32,000 nucleotides of DNA from the NCBI RefSeq assembly GCF_001598795.1, contig NZ_BCZP01000027.1, positions 1 to 32,000 on the forward strand, read 5' to 3'. The notes beneath the pieces are model-generated. The model did no database searches. It was not told the origin of the DNA and saw nothing but the letters and a program-made list of their open reading frames with translations. Of this stretch, positions 24,804 to 32,000 are shown in pieces. Source of the stretch: Delftia acidovorans NBRC 14950 (GTDB taxonomy: Bacteria; Pseudomonadota; Gammaproteobacteria; Burkholderiales; Burkholderiaceae_C). Position 1 is the stretch's first letter; each line of letters starts with the position of its first letter. The position numbers were made by a program, and so were the translations under genes.

Positions 24804-27155
24804 TCACTCGCCCACCTTGACCACGGCAATCGACGCCGAGGCCTGGCCGCGCAGGGGCACGTGCACGCTGCTGGTGTTGTCGCCGGAGGCGCCCCAGGGC
24901 AGCGGTACGCTTTCCTGGGTGAGCGACAGCCGGTGGTGGCCCGTGGGCACCACCGGGAATTCGAACTGACCATCGCGGTCGGTCACCGTGCGGTAGCGGC
25001 CGTCAAGCACCACCTCGACGCCGGCCACGCCCACCTCGCCCGCCTGCTGTTCGCCGTCGCGGTTGGCGTCGTAGAACACGCGGCCGGACAGGCTGCCGCC
25101 GCCCACGCCTTCACCGGGTGCGCCTGCGGCCGCATAGGCCGTGCCCGCGCTGCCTTCCCAGCGCAGGTAGACATAGGCGGTCTTCTCGTCGCTGCGGTAG
25201 AGGTTGGGCAGGGAAGAGGGCGTGGGCAGCAGCGAGGACCGGGCCTGGTTGAAGTGCGCCATGAAGCCCATGCGCCAGCCCCAGCCCAGTTCCTTCTCGG
25301 CCGACAGCGAGCCCGACAGGCCCCGGCTGGTGTAGAGGCTGCCGCTTTGCGAGGTGTAGCGCAGGTTGCCGGCCAGCTGCAGCCCGCTTTCCAGCCAGTA
25401 GCGCCATTGCAGCCCGGCCGTTGGATAGTTGCGCGACATGCCGCCGCTGCGGTCGCGCGCATAGCCCAGCGTGGTGGTGAGCTCGGACCGCAGCGTTGCC
25501 TGGCGTGCACCAGCCCAGTCCTGCTCCCACTGCACCTCCTGGCCCGTGGCGGAGGAGTCGCCCAGCACGATGAGCTCGTTGCGCCGAACGGTCAGCATGA
25601 AGCGGCTGCGCGGCCAGTCGAAAAAGCGGGTCTGGTAGAACGCGCTGCCATAAAGGCTGCGCGATTGGCCGCCGCCTGCGGTGCCCGCATCGTTGCGCGT
25701 CTGGTAGGCGCTGAAGCTGCCGCCCACGGCCGTGTGCCGGTCGAACTGGTATTGGGCATTGCCATTCGCCCCCAGGCGGCGGTAGCCCGACAGTTGAAAG
25801 CCTGCATCCTGCGCCGTGGTTTGCGGCGTGCGTTCGTAGTCCAGCCCCATGCCCCAGCTCAGGCGGGTGACATGGCGGTCCACGCGCCAATAGGCGCCGC
25901 GCGCCGCGCTGGACAGCGCGTAGTCGCCAAAGTGCAGCTGGGGCTGGGCTGCATGCAGGCCGAATTCATGGCGGTAGGCGCCCGCGCGCGCGCTGGCCTC
26001 GATGAACAGGCCCTGGGCGCTGCGGCCCTCCGTGCCGGCGGTGCCTGCCGCTGGAGAGGACAGGGGCGCGCTGGTACGGCTGCCCAGCAGCGTGGTGCGG
26101 AGCCTGAAGTCGCCATCGCGCAGCACGCCGCGCCCGTAGCCCAGCGAAGCGGCCCAGCTGGTCACGCGCTTGCTGCCCAGGCCCAGGGCGGAGCCGGGGT
26201 CGTATTGCGTGTCATCGCCGGGGTAGTGCCTGGGACTGTAGTAGGCGGGAATATCGTCGGCCTGGTCCAGCTGGAAGGCGGCAAACCAGGGGCCATCCAG
26301 CCGCACGGTGGCGCCCAGCCAGCCCAGCGTGCCCTGGTTTTTCTCGAACCCGGGGTAGGGCCCTCCCGTGAGAAGGCCGCGCTGGCCGTAGCCCGCGCGC
26401 ATGTCCAGATCCGGGCGGAAGATGCGCGCCGAGGCGCCGCGCACCGTGGTCGAGCCCAGCGACAGCCGGTAGTTGCGCGCCAGGCCATCGGTCAGCTCGC
26501 TGTAGAGGTCGCCCACGGCCGTGTCGGCAAAGGTTTGCGTGGTCAGCGGAAAGCCAAGGTTGCGCAGCGTGAAGCGCTCGCTCGTGGCTTGCCGGGCATA
26601 GCCCAGGCCGCCAATACTCAAGCCGCCAGTACCCAGGCCGCCCATACCCAGGCCATTGCCAAAGTTGTCGCCGCTCAGGTGCCGGCCTTCGGCCTGCAGG
26701 GTGAACTCGCCGTAGTTCAGTGTCTCGCGGCGGTATTCGAGGCGCTGGCCGATTTCGGTGGCGCGCTGGCGGCCATGGCCGGTGGTGCGGGATTCGCCCA
26801 GGCCCAGGCGGCTTTCCACCACCCAGGCGCGAAAGCCCTCGGGCTGCTCGGCTTCGGGCTCGGCGGCAGCGGACTGTGCGATCTCGTCCGGACCCATGAA
26901 ACGGTCCTGGTAGGCAGGGGCGGCCCCTTCGGAGAGTGCCTTGAGCCGGGCCTGCTCGGCCTGGTCGCGGTCCAGGGATTCGATGCGTGCCTCAGCCATG
27001 GAGGTACCGGCAACGGCCGCCGAAGAAGGTGTTTGCGCCTGTGCGCCGCATAGAAAGACGGGAGCGGCTGCCAGGCTCCACCCAAGGCACGCGAACGGCA
27101 GGCGCGACCAGACTCCAGCGGGGCCGGCAACGGTCCGCGGCAGCGTTCGAATCAT
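24804..27155 (-). CDS. Large outer-membrane beta-barrel-like protein with C-terminal SdrD-B/Cna-B (carboxypeptidase-regulatory-like) domain; candidate export/assembly platform
   Basis: Signal peptide (..LCGAQA|QTP) and an acidic Ala/Glu-rich linker. About 600 aa of alternating aromatic/Gly strand-like repeats (RLEYRRETLNYGEF, GLDYERTP, SLYGSAFYQTRFF, GLQWRYWLE). Then GRVFYDANRDGEQQAGEVGVAGVEVVLDGRYRTVTDRDGQFEFPVVPTGHHRLSL. The ATG at 27155 is preferred over the TTG at 27158. Confidence 0.75.
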   Translation of the reverse strand: MIRTLPRTVAGPAGVWSRLPFACLGWSLAAAPVFLCGAQAQTPSSAAVAGTSMAEARIESLDRDQAEQARLKALSEGAAPAYQDRFMGPDEIAQSAAAEPEAEQPEGFRAWVVESRLGLGESRTTGHGRQRATEIGQRLEYRRETLNYGEFTLQAEGRHLSGDNFGNGLGMGGLGTGGLSIGGLGYARQATSERFTLRNLGFPLTTQTFADTAVGDLYSELTDGLARNYRLSLGSTTVRGASARIFRPDLDMRAGYGQRGLLTGGPYPGFEKNQGTLGWLGATVRLDGPWFAAFQLDQADDIPAYYSPRHYPGDDTQYDPGSALGLGSKRVTSWAASLGYGRGVLRDGDFRLRTTLLGSRTSAPLSSPAAGTAGTEGRSAQGLFIEASARAGAYRHEFGLHAAQPQLHFGDYALSSAARGAYWRVDRHVTRLSWGMGLDYERTPQTTAQDAGFQLSGYRRLGANGNAQYQFDRHTAVGGSFSAYQTRNDAGTAGGGQSRSLYGSAFYQTRFFDWPRSRFMLTVRRNELIVLGDSSATGQEVQWEQDWAGARQATLRSELTTTLGYARDRSGGMSRNYPTAGLQWRYWLESGLQLAGNLRYTSQSGSLYTSRGLSGSLSAEKELGWGWRMGFMAHFNQARSSLLPTPSSLPNLYRSDEKTAYVYLRWEGSAGTAYAAAGAPGEGVGGGSLSGRVFYDANRDGEQQAGEVGVAGVEVVLDGRYRTVTDRDGQFEFPVVPTGHHRLSLTQESVPLPWGASGDNTSSVHVPLRGQASASIAVVKVGE

Positions 27156-27764
27156 CAACCAAGATCCCTGCTTTATTCATCGGATGCCAAGCCATCTGGC
27201 CAAAACAACTGATCACAAAACCGCGGAAAATGGCTGAATGCGTGCAGCCACCAATTGAGCCCTGCAAATACCGGCGCTGCACTTCAAAGACCGGCCGTTG
27301 TCAATGGTGTGCCGAATGAGAGGTATTCAGGGTGAATATCATCGTTCCCTAAATGGCATGGTTTATCCAGTAGGACGACATGCTGCCGGATGGTAGGGGA
27401 AATGGTGATGCCATTCGATGTTCATCTGTGGAGCTGCGGTGCCTGGCTGGCATTGCCCAGAGGGCGGTTGGCGGGCTTTGCTTTTTGGCCATGGATGGGT
27501 TTCAGGTTTTCTATTGATAGCAATGAATCATTTGTTTTTCATGCGGCAATAGAGGCTGCTGGGCGTTATCTCCGTATTCGGGCAATGCATCTGTTGGAAA
27601 ACGAGGGTTCTCATCAGATTCCGGCTGCTGGAGAATCACGGAATGGCGCAACTGAAGTGCGCCAGGTTCTGATTGGTTTTTGGACTGGTATCAGGCCAGG
27701 TTCATTGATGCAGGCTAAAGCACCTGCACCAATGCAAGCTGCCGCAATCATTTGCCCTGTCTTC
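27156..27764 (-). promoter_or_regulatory. Long AT-richer leader/promoter region of the fibre-like operon
   Basis: About 600 bp without a convincing host-like ORF. It is visibly lower in G+C than either flank. The promoter was not pinpointed. Confidence 0.5.
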
Positions 27765-28445
27765 ATGAACTCTCAGGCGCATCACAGGCAAGGCCAACGC
27801 AGACCCCGGGCACCCTGGAGGGCGCTCGTGGTCATGGCGTTGGCTGTCGTTGTGACCCTGGTGGCAGGCCTGTACCCCTGGAATGCCCCGCAGCATGGCA
27901 AGGCGGCAAGCCGCATGGAAGGCTTTGCAGGCGGCGCGTCCCTCATGACCAAGAAGCGCCAGTTCCATGTGGTCCAGCGGCTGAAGACCCACCGCCTGGC
28001 CGAAGCCGAGCGGCGCCAGTTGCTGGCCCATGACACCGGCGTGCGGAATGTGCGGGAGGCGTGGCAGGCACGGGAGGTGCGAGAGTTGCGTGCGTTGTCA
28101 GAGGTGCGGGAGGTGCGCGCGATGGCCGGCCCGCTCTCAGTCCACCAGCGCCTGTATGGCCTGCAACTGCGCCGCCAGCCCGGGCCGCGCGGCTGGAAAA
28201 GTCTCCTCGAAGGCGGCGGTGCCTATCGTGAAACCCGCGGCACCGCTGGCAAGCACGGCCGCGATGCGTTCGCTGCGATCAATGGAGCCGGCCACGACCA
28301 CGGGTTTGTCCACCGCATCGCAGACCGCCTTGATCAGGGCCGGCACGTCGCCCCGGAAACGGTAGGCCAGCAGGTCCAGGCCATGAACGCCCTCCAGCCC
28401 CGCGATGCGGCGCGCGCTGGCCACGATGTCCTCGGCCGGCCCTGA
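27765..28445 (+). CDS. Uncertain ORF: small membrane-anchored protein candidate
   Basis: From ATG 27765 there is a basic N-terminus, a TM helix (ALVVMALAVVVTLVAGLY) and a charged helical segment. Third-position G/C bias is strong across 27800-28136. However, the frame only closes at 28445, about 309 nt inside the convergent gene. Confidence 0.3.
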   Translation: MNSQAHHRQGQRRPRAPWRALVVMALAVVVTLVAGLYPWNAPQHGKAASRMEGFAGGASLMTKKRQFHVVQRLKTHRLAEAERRQLLAHDTGVRNVREAWQAREVRELRALSEVREVRAMAGPLSVHQRLYGLQLRRQPGPRGWKSLLEGGGAYRETRGTAGKHGRDAFAAINGAGHDHGFVHRIADRLDQGRHVAPETVGQQVQAMNALQPRDAARAGHDVLGRP

Positions 28446-29849
28446 AAGCACGCTCGGATGCCCGCTGATCCTGCCGGGAAACGGATAGTAGGCAATGCCG
28501 CTGCCGCGCAGCACGGGCAGCACCGCCTCGGGGCGCGTGCCGCCCATGAGAACGTCCACCCCGAGCTCGACCGCCGCGCGGGCCGAAGCCACCTCGCTGG
28601 CCTCGTCCAGGCTGACGACTTCCAGATAGACCCTGGCACCGCCCGCGCGGATGTCCCGGGCCAGTTCGCGCAGCTGGGGCAGGGGCAGGCCTATGTCCTT
28701 GAAGCCCACATGGCGCACGCCCTGGGCCAGCACTTCGCGCAGACGCTCGCGCGCATCGGCAATGGTCTTGTCCTGCTGCGTGAGCATGAAGATGAAGTCC
28801 GGGCGCTGCGCCTGTCCGCTGGCGCCGGAGCGGCCCGCCTGCACCATGGCCGCCGCCTGGCGCAGCGCGCAGGCCAGGCTGGCATGGTCCGCACGGCCCG
28901 TGCCGGCGATGTCGAAGGCCGTGCCGTGGTCCACCGAGGTGCGCACGAAGGGCAGGCCCACGGTAATGTTCACGCCCTGCTCGACGCCCAGGTACTTCAC
29001 GGGAATCAGCCCCTGGTCATGGTATTGGGCGACCACCACGTCGAACTCGCCCCGGCGTGCCCGCATGAAGACCGTGTCGCCCGGCCAGGGGCCGTTGGCG
29101 TCTATGCCTTCGGCCCGTGCGGCTGCAATGGCGGGGATGATCACCGAGCGGTCCTCGTCCCCGAACAGCCCGTTCTCGCCGGCATGCGGATTGAGCCCCG
29201 CCACGGCCACACGGGGCCGGGCGATGCCGAACGCCCGGCAGGCCCGGTGCGCAAGGCGGATGGCACGCAGTTCGTTGTCCGGCGTGACTGCGGCAATGGC
29301 CTGCTGCAGCGGCACATGGATGGAGACCAGCAGCACCCGCAGCTCGTCATTGGCGAGCATCATGGCGAAGTCGCGTGTGCCCGAGCGCTCGGCCAGCATC
29401 TCGGTATGGCCGGGGTGGGGGCAGCCCGCGGCGCGCAGCGCCTCCTTGTGGATGGGTGCGGTCACCAGGCCTGCGACTTCGCCGGCCAGGGCCAGGTCGA
29501 TGCCGCGCTGTATGTAGGCATGGCAGGCGGCCCCGGCGCGCGCATCGATGCGTCCCCAGGCCAGGTCCGCGGGCAGCCGGTCCCCGGTCTGGAGCACGAA
29601 GAGGGTGCCGGGTGGCACGGTGGCGGGAACCTGGGCCGGCGTATCGATGGCGTGGATGCGCGGCTGCACGCCCAGCATGTCGGCTGCCCGCTGCAGCCGC
29701 CCCGTGTCGCCGATGACGAAAAAAGGCGCACGGGGCCGGGCGGGGTCCATGGCCAGTTTGACGATGATCTCGGGGCCTATGCCCACGGGATCGCCCATGG
29801 TGATGGCCAGGGGTGCGGGGGCGATGGCGGGGGCTTCATTCATGGTCAT
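28137..29849 (-). CDS. PdxA-family NAD-dependent dehydrogenase (4-hydroxythreonine-4-phosphate dehydrogenase-like) fused to a C-terminal ~230-aa alpha/beta (TIM-barrel-like) domain of unknown function
   Basis: PdxA motifs TMGDPVGIGPEI, HPGHTE, GLNPHAGENG, YHDQGL and TSVDHGTAFDIAG in the first ~335 aa. The rest has repeating beta-alpha units (FIFMLTQQD, HVGFKDIG, VYLEVVS, VDVLMGG, VVVAGSI, GFTIGTA). Start at ATG 29849 or 29843; the track start at 29894 is GTG. Confidence 0.8.
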   Translation of the reverse strand: MTMNEAPAIAPAPLAITMGDPVGIGPEIIVKLAMDPARPRAPFFVIGDTGRLQRAADMLGVQPRIHAIDTPAQVPATVPPGTLFVLQTGDRLPADLAWGRIDARAGAACHAYIQRGIDLALAGEVAGLVTAPIHKEALRAAGCPHPGHTEMLAERSGTRDFAMMLANDELRVLLVSIHVPLQQAIAAVTPDNELRAIRLAHRACRAFGIARPRVAVAGLNPHAGENGLFGDEDRSVIIPAIAAARAEGIDANGPWPGDTVFMRARRGEFDVVVAQYHDQGLIPVKYLGVEQGVNITVGLPFVRTSVDHGTAFDIAGTGRADHASLACALRQAAAMVQAGRSGASGQAQRPDFIFMLTQQDKTIADARERLREVLAQGVRHVGFKDIGLPLPQLRELARDIRAGGARVYLEVVSLDEASEVASARAAVELGVDVLMGGTRPEAVLPVLRGSGIAYYPFPGRISGHPSVLSGPAEDIVASARRIAGLEGVHGLDLLAYRFRGDVPALIKAVCDAVDKPVVVAGSIDRSERIAAVLASGAAGFTIGTAAFEETFPAARPGLAAQLQAIQALVD

Positions 29850-30005
29850 TGCTGAAGGCTCAATCGATGGAGGTACTTTGCATGAAAATCGCACTGCAGA
29901 AAATCGATATGGATTCAGTATTCAGTTGATCAAAAGTCAATTGAAATTTCTCTCCACTCCCTTTCTTCGATGTGTCCGATGTGTCCGATGCCGCCCTCCA
30001 GTCCC
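29850..30005. promoter_or_regulatory. AT-rich divergent control region between the PdxA-fusion gene and a LysR gene
   Basis: Contains tandem attcagt attcagt, the palindromes TTGATCAA and CAATTG, and a T-N11-A dyad TGATCAAAAGTCA typical of LysR boxes. Confidence 0.5.
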
Positions 30006-30908
30006 ATGGCCCCACCCACCCATATGCCGCCGCTGTCCGCCCTGCGTGCCTTCGAGGCCACGGTGCGCCACGGCAGCGTTTCCAAGGCCGCGCGCGAGCT
30101 GCACCTGACCGATGGCGCCGTGAGCCGCGCCGTGCGCGACATGGAAGAGGCGCTGGGCTTTGCGCTGTTCCAGCGCAGCAACCGCAGCATCATTGCCACC
30201 CCTACGGCGCGTGTGCTGGCCGAGGAGGTGGCCCTGGCGCTGGAGCGCCTGCGCGGCGCGCTGGGCCGTGCGCGGCAGGCCGCCGGGCCGGACCGGCCGC
30301 TGGTGCTGTCCTGCGAGCCCACCTTTCTGATGCGCTGGCTGATTCCCCGCCTGGGCGGTTTGCAGGAAGCGATCGGCACGCAGCGCGAGCTGCGCCTGGT
30401 GTCGGCCGGCGGCTCGGTGCCCTTTGCGCGCGAGGGCATCGATCTGGCCATACGCCGCGCGGATTTCGACATGGGCGCCGATGTGGTTGCCGAGCCCTTT
30501 TTGCAGGAGCACGTGGGCCCCGTCTGCAGGCCTGCACTTGCGAAGACGCTGGCACGCTCCGGGCCGCTGGGCTGCGTGCTGCTGCACACAGCATCGCGCC
30601 CGGACGCATGGCGGCATTGGAGCGAGCTGACCGGCGTGCCGCTGCAGCCCGGGCGCGAGGCCCGCTTCGAGCATTTCTACCTGAGCCTGCAGGCCGCCGT
30701 TGCCGGGGCGGGCATTGCCATCGGGCCGCTGGCGCTGGTGGCCGACGATCTGGCCAGCGGCACCCTGTGCGCGCCGCGCGGCTTTGTGGCCGACGGCTCG
30801 CACTACGTGCTCATGTCACCCAGGCCGGTGCATGACGAGGCCCGCTTCGCCCTGGTGCTGGAGTGGCTGCGCACGCAGACATTGCCGCTGGCGCGAGCCG
30901 ACGCATGA
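30006..30908 (+). CDS. LysR-family transcriptional regulator (GcvA-like N-terminus)
   Basis: MPPLSALRAFEATVRHGSVSKAARELHLTDGAVSRAVRDMEEALG. Possible starts are ATG 30006 or 30024. The track start at 29970 lies in a 9-bp tandem duplication. Confidence 0.88.
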   Translation: MAPPTHMPPLSALRAFEATVRHGSVSKAARELHLTDGAVSRAVRDMEEALGFALFQRSNRSIIATPTARVLAEEVALALERLRGALGRARQAAGPDRPLVLSCEPTFLMRWLIPRLGGLQEAIGTQRELRLVSAGGSVPFAREGIDLAIRRADFDMGADVVAEPFLQEHVGPVCRPALAKTLARSGPLGCVLLHTASRPDAWRHWSELTGVPLQPGREARFEHFYLSLQAAVAGAGIAIGPLALVADDLASGTLCAPRGFVADGSHYVLMSPRPVHDEARFALVLEWLRTQTLPLARADA

Positions 30909-30925
30909 CTTGCGCCTGCCCGGCT

Positions 30926-31837
30926 TCACTGGTCGTGCTCGGACAGCTCCCGCCAGTGCGTGCGGGTGAATGCATAGACGGTTTCCAGCGCCGGTGACAG
31001 GCTGCGCGCGCCCATGCGCGCCATGCCGTAGCGGCCGCAGCGCCGGGGATCGGCGGGCAGGGGCACTTCGGCCATGGTGCCGCTGGCGCGCTCCTGGCGC
31101 GTGATGGACAGCACGCCGAACAGCAAGGTGTCCGTGGCCAGGGTCACGCTGCGCAGCAGTTCCAGGTTGTTGCAGTGCAGGGTGAACAGCTTGTCGGGCT
31201 CGGCTCCCTCGCCCCACAGCTCGGCCAGCTGCCGCGCCATGGCCGTGCTCAGCGTGGTGGTGGCCAGGGGGTAGCGGCGGATCTCGTCCATGCCGGGGTT
31301 TTGCAGCACGGGGTGGCCCGCGCGGCAGACCAGGCCGGCGGGCAACTCGCCCAGCAGCTCCATGTCCACGTCCTCGGCGGCGCGCAGCACATAGGCGTCG
31401 CCGACGATGGCGTCTATCGACTCATTGCGCAGCAGCTCCAGCAGGGCGCTGGTGGCACCCATCTCGGTGCGCACCTTGATGCGCGGATGCGCCTGCGCCA
31501 TGTGGATCAGAAAGGGCTTGAGCAGCAGTGCCGCCGGGGCCGGCGCCACGCCAATGGCCAGTGCACCCTCCTGGCCGCCGCGCAGCAGCTCCAGGTCGCG
31601 TCGCAGCTGGGTTTCCTCCAGCCGCATGCGGCGCGCGCGCTCGGCCACCAGTTCGCCGAAGACCGTCAGCCGGGCGCGCCGCGCGCCCCGGTCGAACAGC
31701 TGCGCCCGGAGCTCGTCTTCCAGCGCGCGGATGCTGCGGCTCAGCGCCGGCTGGGTCAGGTGCACGGCGCGCGCCGCGTCTGAAAAAGTGCCGTGCTCGA
31801 CGATGGCCAGCAAGTGCCGCAGCTTCTGGGTATCCAT
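30926..31837 (-). CDS. LysR-family transcriptional regulator
   Basis: MDTQKLRHLLAIVEHGTFSDAARAVHLTQPALSRSIRALEDELRAQLF. It is convergent with the previous LysR gene (17-bp gap) and divergent from the gene at 31979. Confidence 0.9.
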   Translation of the reverse strand: MDTQKLRHLLAIVEHGTFSDAARAVHLTQPALSRSIRALEDELRAQLFDRGARRARLTVFGELVAERARRMRLEETQLRRDLELLRGGQEGALAIGVAPAPAALLLKPFLIHMAQAHPRIKVRTEMGATSALLELLRNESIDAIVGDAYVLRAAEDVDMELLGELPAGLVCRAGHPVLQNPGMDEIRRYPLATTTLSTAMARQLAELWGEGAEPDKLFTLHCNNLELLRSVTLATDTLLFGVLSITRQERASGTMAEVPLPADPRRCGRYGMARMGARSLSPALETVYAFTRTHWRELSEHDQ

Positions 31838-31978
31838 GCGAAGTCCTCATGGTTTGTTGGCAAATTTCTCATTTGAATTATAGGTAGGCACTTCCTAAGA
31901 TCGCATCCATGGACATTGAAACGTCCTATAGAGCGGCCACAACCGCCAACTCTTTCATCGGAGCAAAGGAGACAAATC

Positions 31979-32000
31979 ATGCTCAAGCTGTTCATCGGCA
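31979..32000 (+). CDS. 5' end of an unidentified gene (MLKLFIG...), truncated by the window
   Basis: ATG preceded by AAGGAGA at good spacing. Only 7 codons are visible. Confidence 0.4.

Noticed and set aside
27196-27491. A 9-bp inverted repeat, tggccaaaa (27196-27204) / ttttggcca (27483-27491), about 280 bp apart in the operon leader. This is reminiscent of the 9-bp repeats flanking the invertible fimS switch.
   Set aside because: A 9-bp inverted match somewhere within ~600 bp is roughly expected by chance (order of one occurrence). The flanks extend only imperfectly, and no tyrosine or serine recombinase gene is in the window. It is worth checking only if read data show both orientations.
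27702-28036. Minus-strand ORFs 27702-28031 and 27782-28036 upstream of the operon leader.
   Set aside because: The translations are Trp/Arg/Cys-rich and implausible. The third-position signal in this stretch is better explained by the plus frame starting at 27765, which is itself only a low-confidence call.

Overview
High-GC (about two-thirds G+C by eye) chromosomal segment. It looks betaproteobacterial and Comamonadaceae-like; this is an inference from codon bias, gene content and a structured extragenic repeat. No rRNA, CRISPR array, transposase or integrase was recognised. Positions 1-16.6 kb are mostly ordinary: a LysR regulator flanked by two inverted ~215-bp structured repeats, a CpdB-like nucleotidase lipoprotein and a PaaI-thioesterase/MarR/MFS module. 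They are followed by Smr, a Fur-boxed FecI/FecR/TonB-dependent-transducer iron-signalling unit, radC, fkpB-ispH, a CBS protein, serS and tRNA-Ser(CGA). Directly 3' of the tRNA the composition drops. An integrase-less islet follows with HEPN-like, PIN-like and H-NS-family genes, a gene remnant, a 19-Cys four-helix-bundle metal protein, and PRC-barrel, Gly-zipper and DUF1304 proteins. The most interesting region is 21.6-27.2 kb on the minus strand, a six-gene operon in which every product has a Sec signal peptide. It encodes a 783-aa beta-barrel-like outer-membrane protein with a C-terminal SdrD-B/Cna-B-like domain and three paralogous ~200-aa pilin-like proteins. It also encodes an orphan 161-aa secreted protein and a PapD-like chaperone candidate. 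Four consecutive stop/start overlaps link the five downstream genes, and a ~600-bp AT-richer leader precedes the operon. I cannot assign it to a canonical chaperone-usher class by eye, so I flag it as a candidate undescribed surface-fibre assembly system. The right end carries an unusual PdxA-family fusion protein, two LysR regulators and the first codons of another gene. All calls rest on reading the ORF translations and the sequence; no database search was run.
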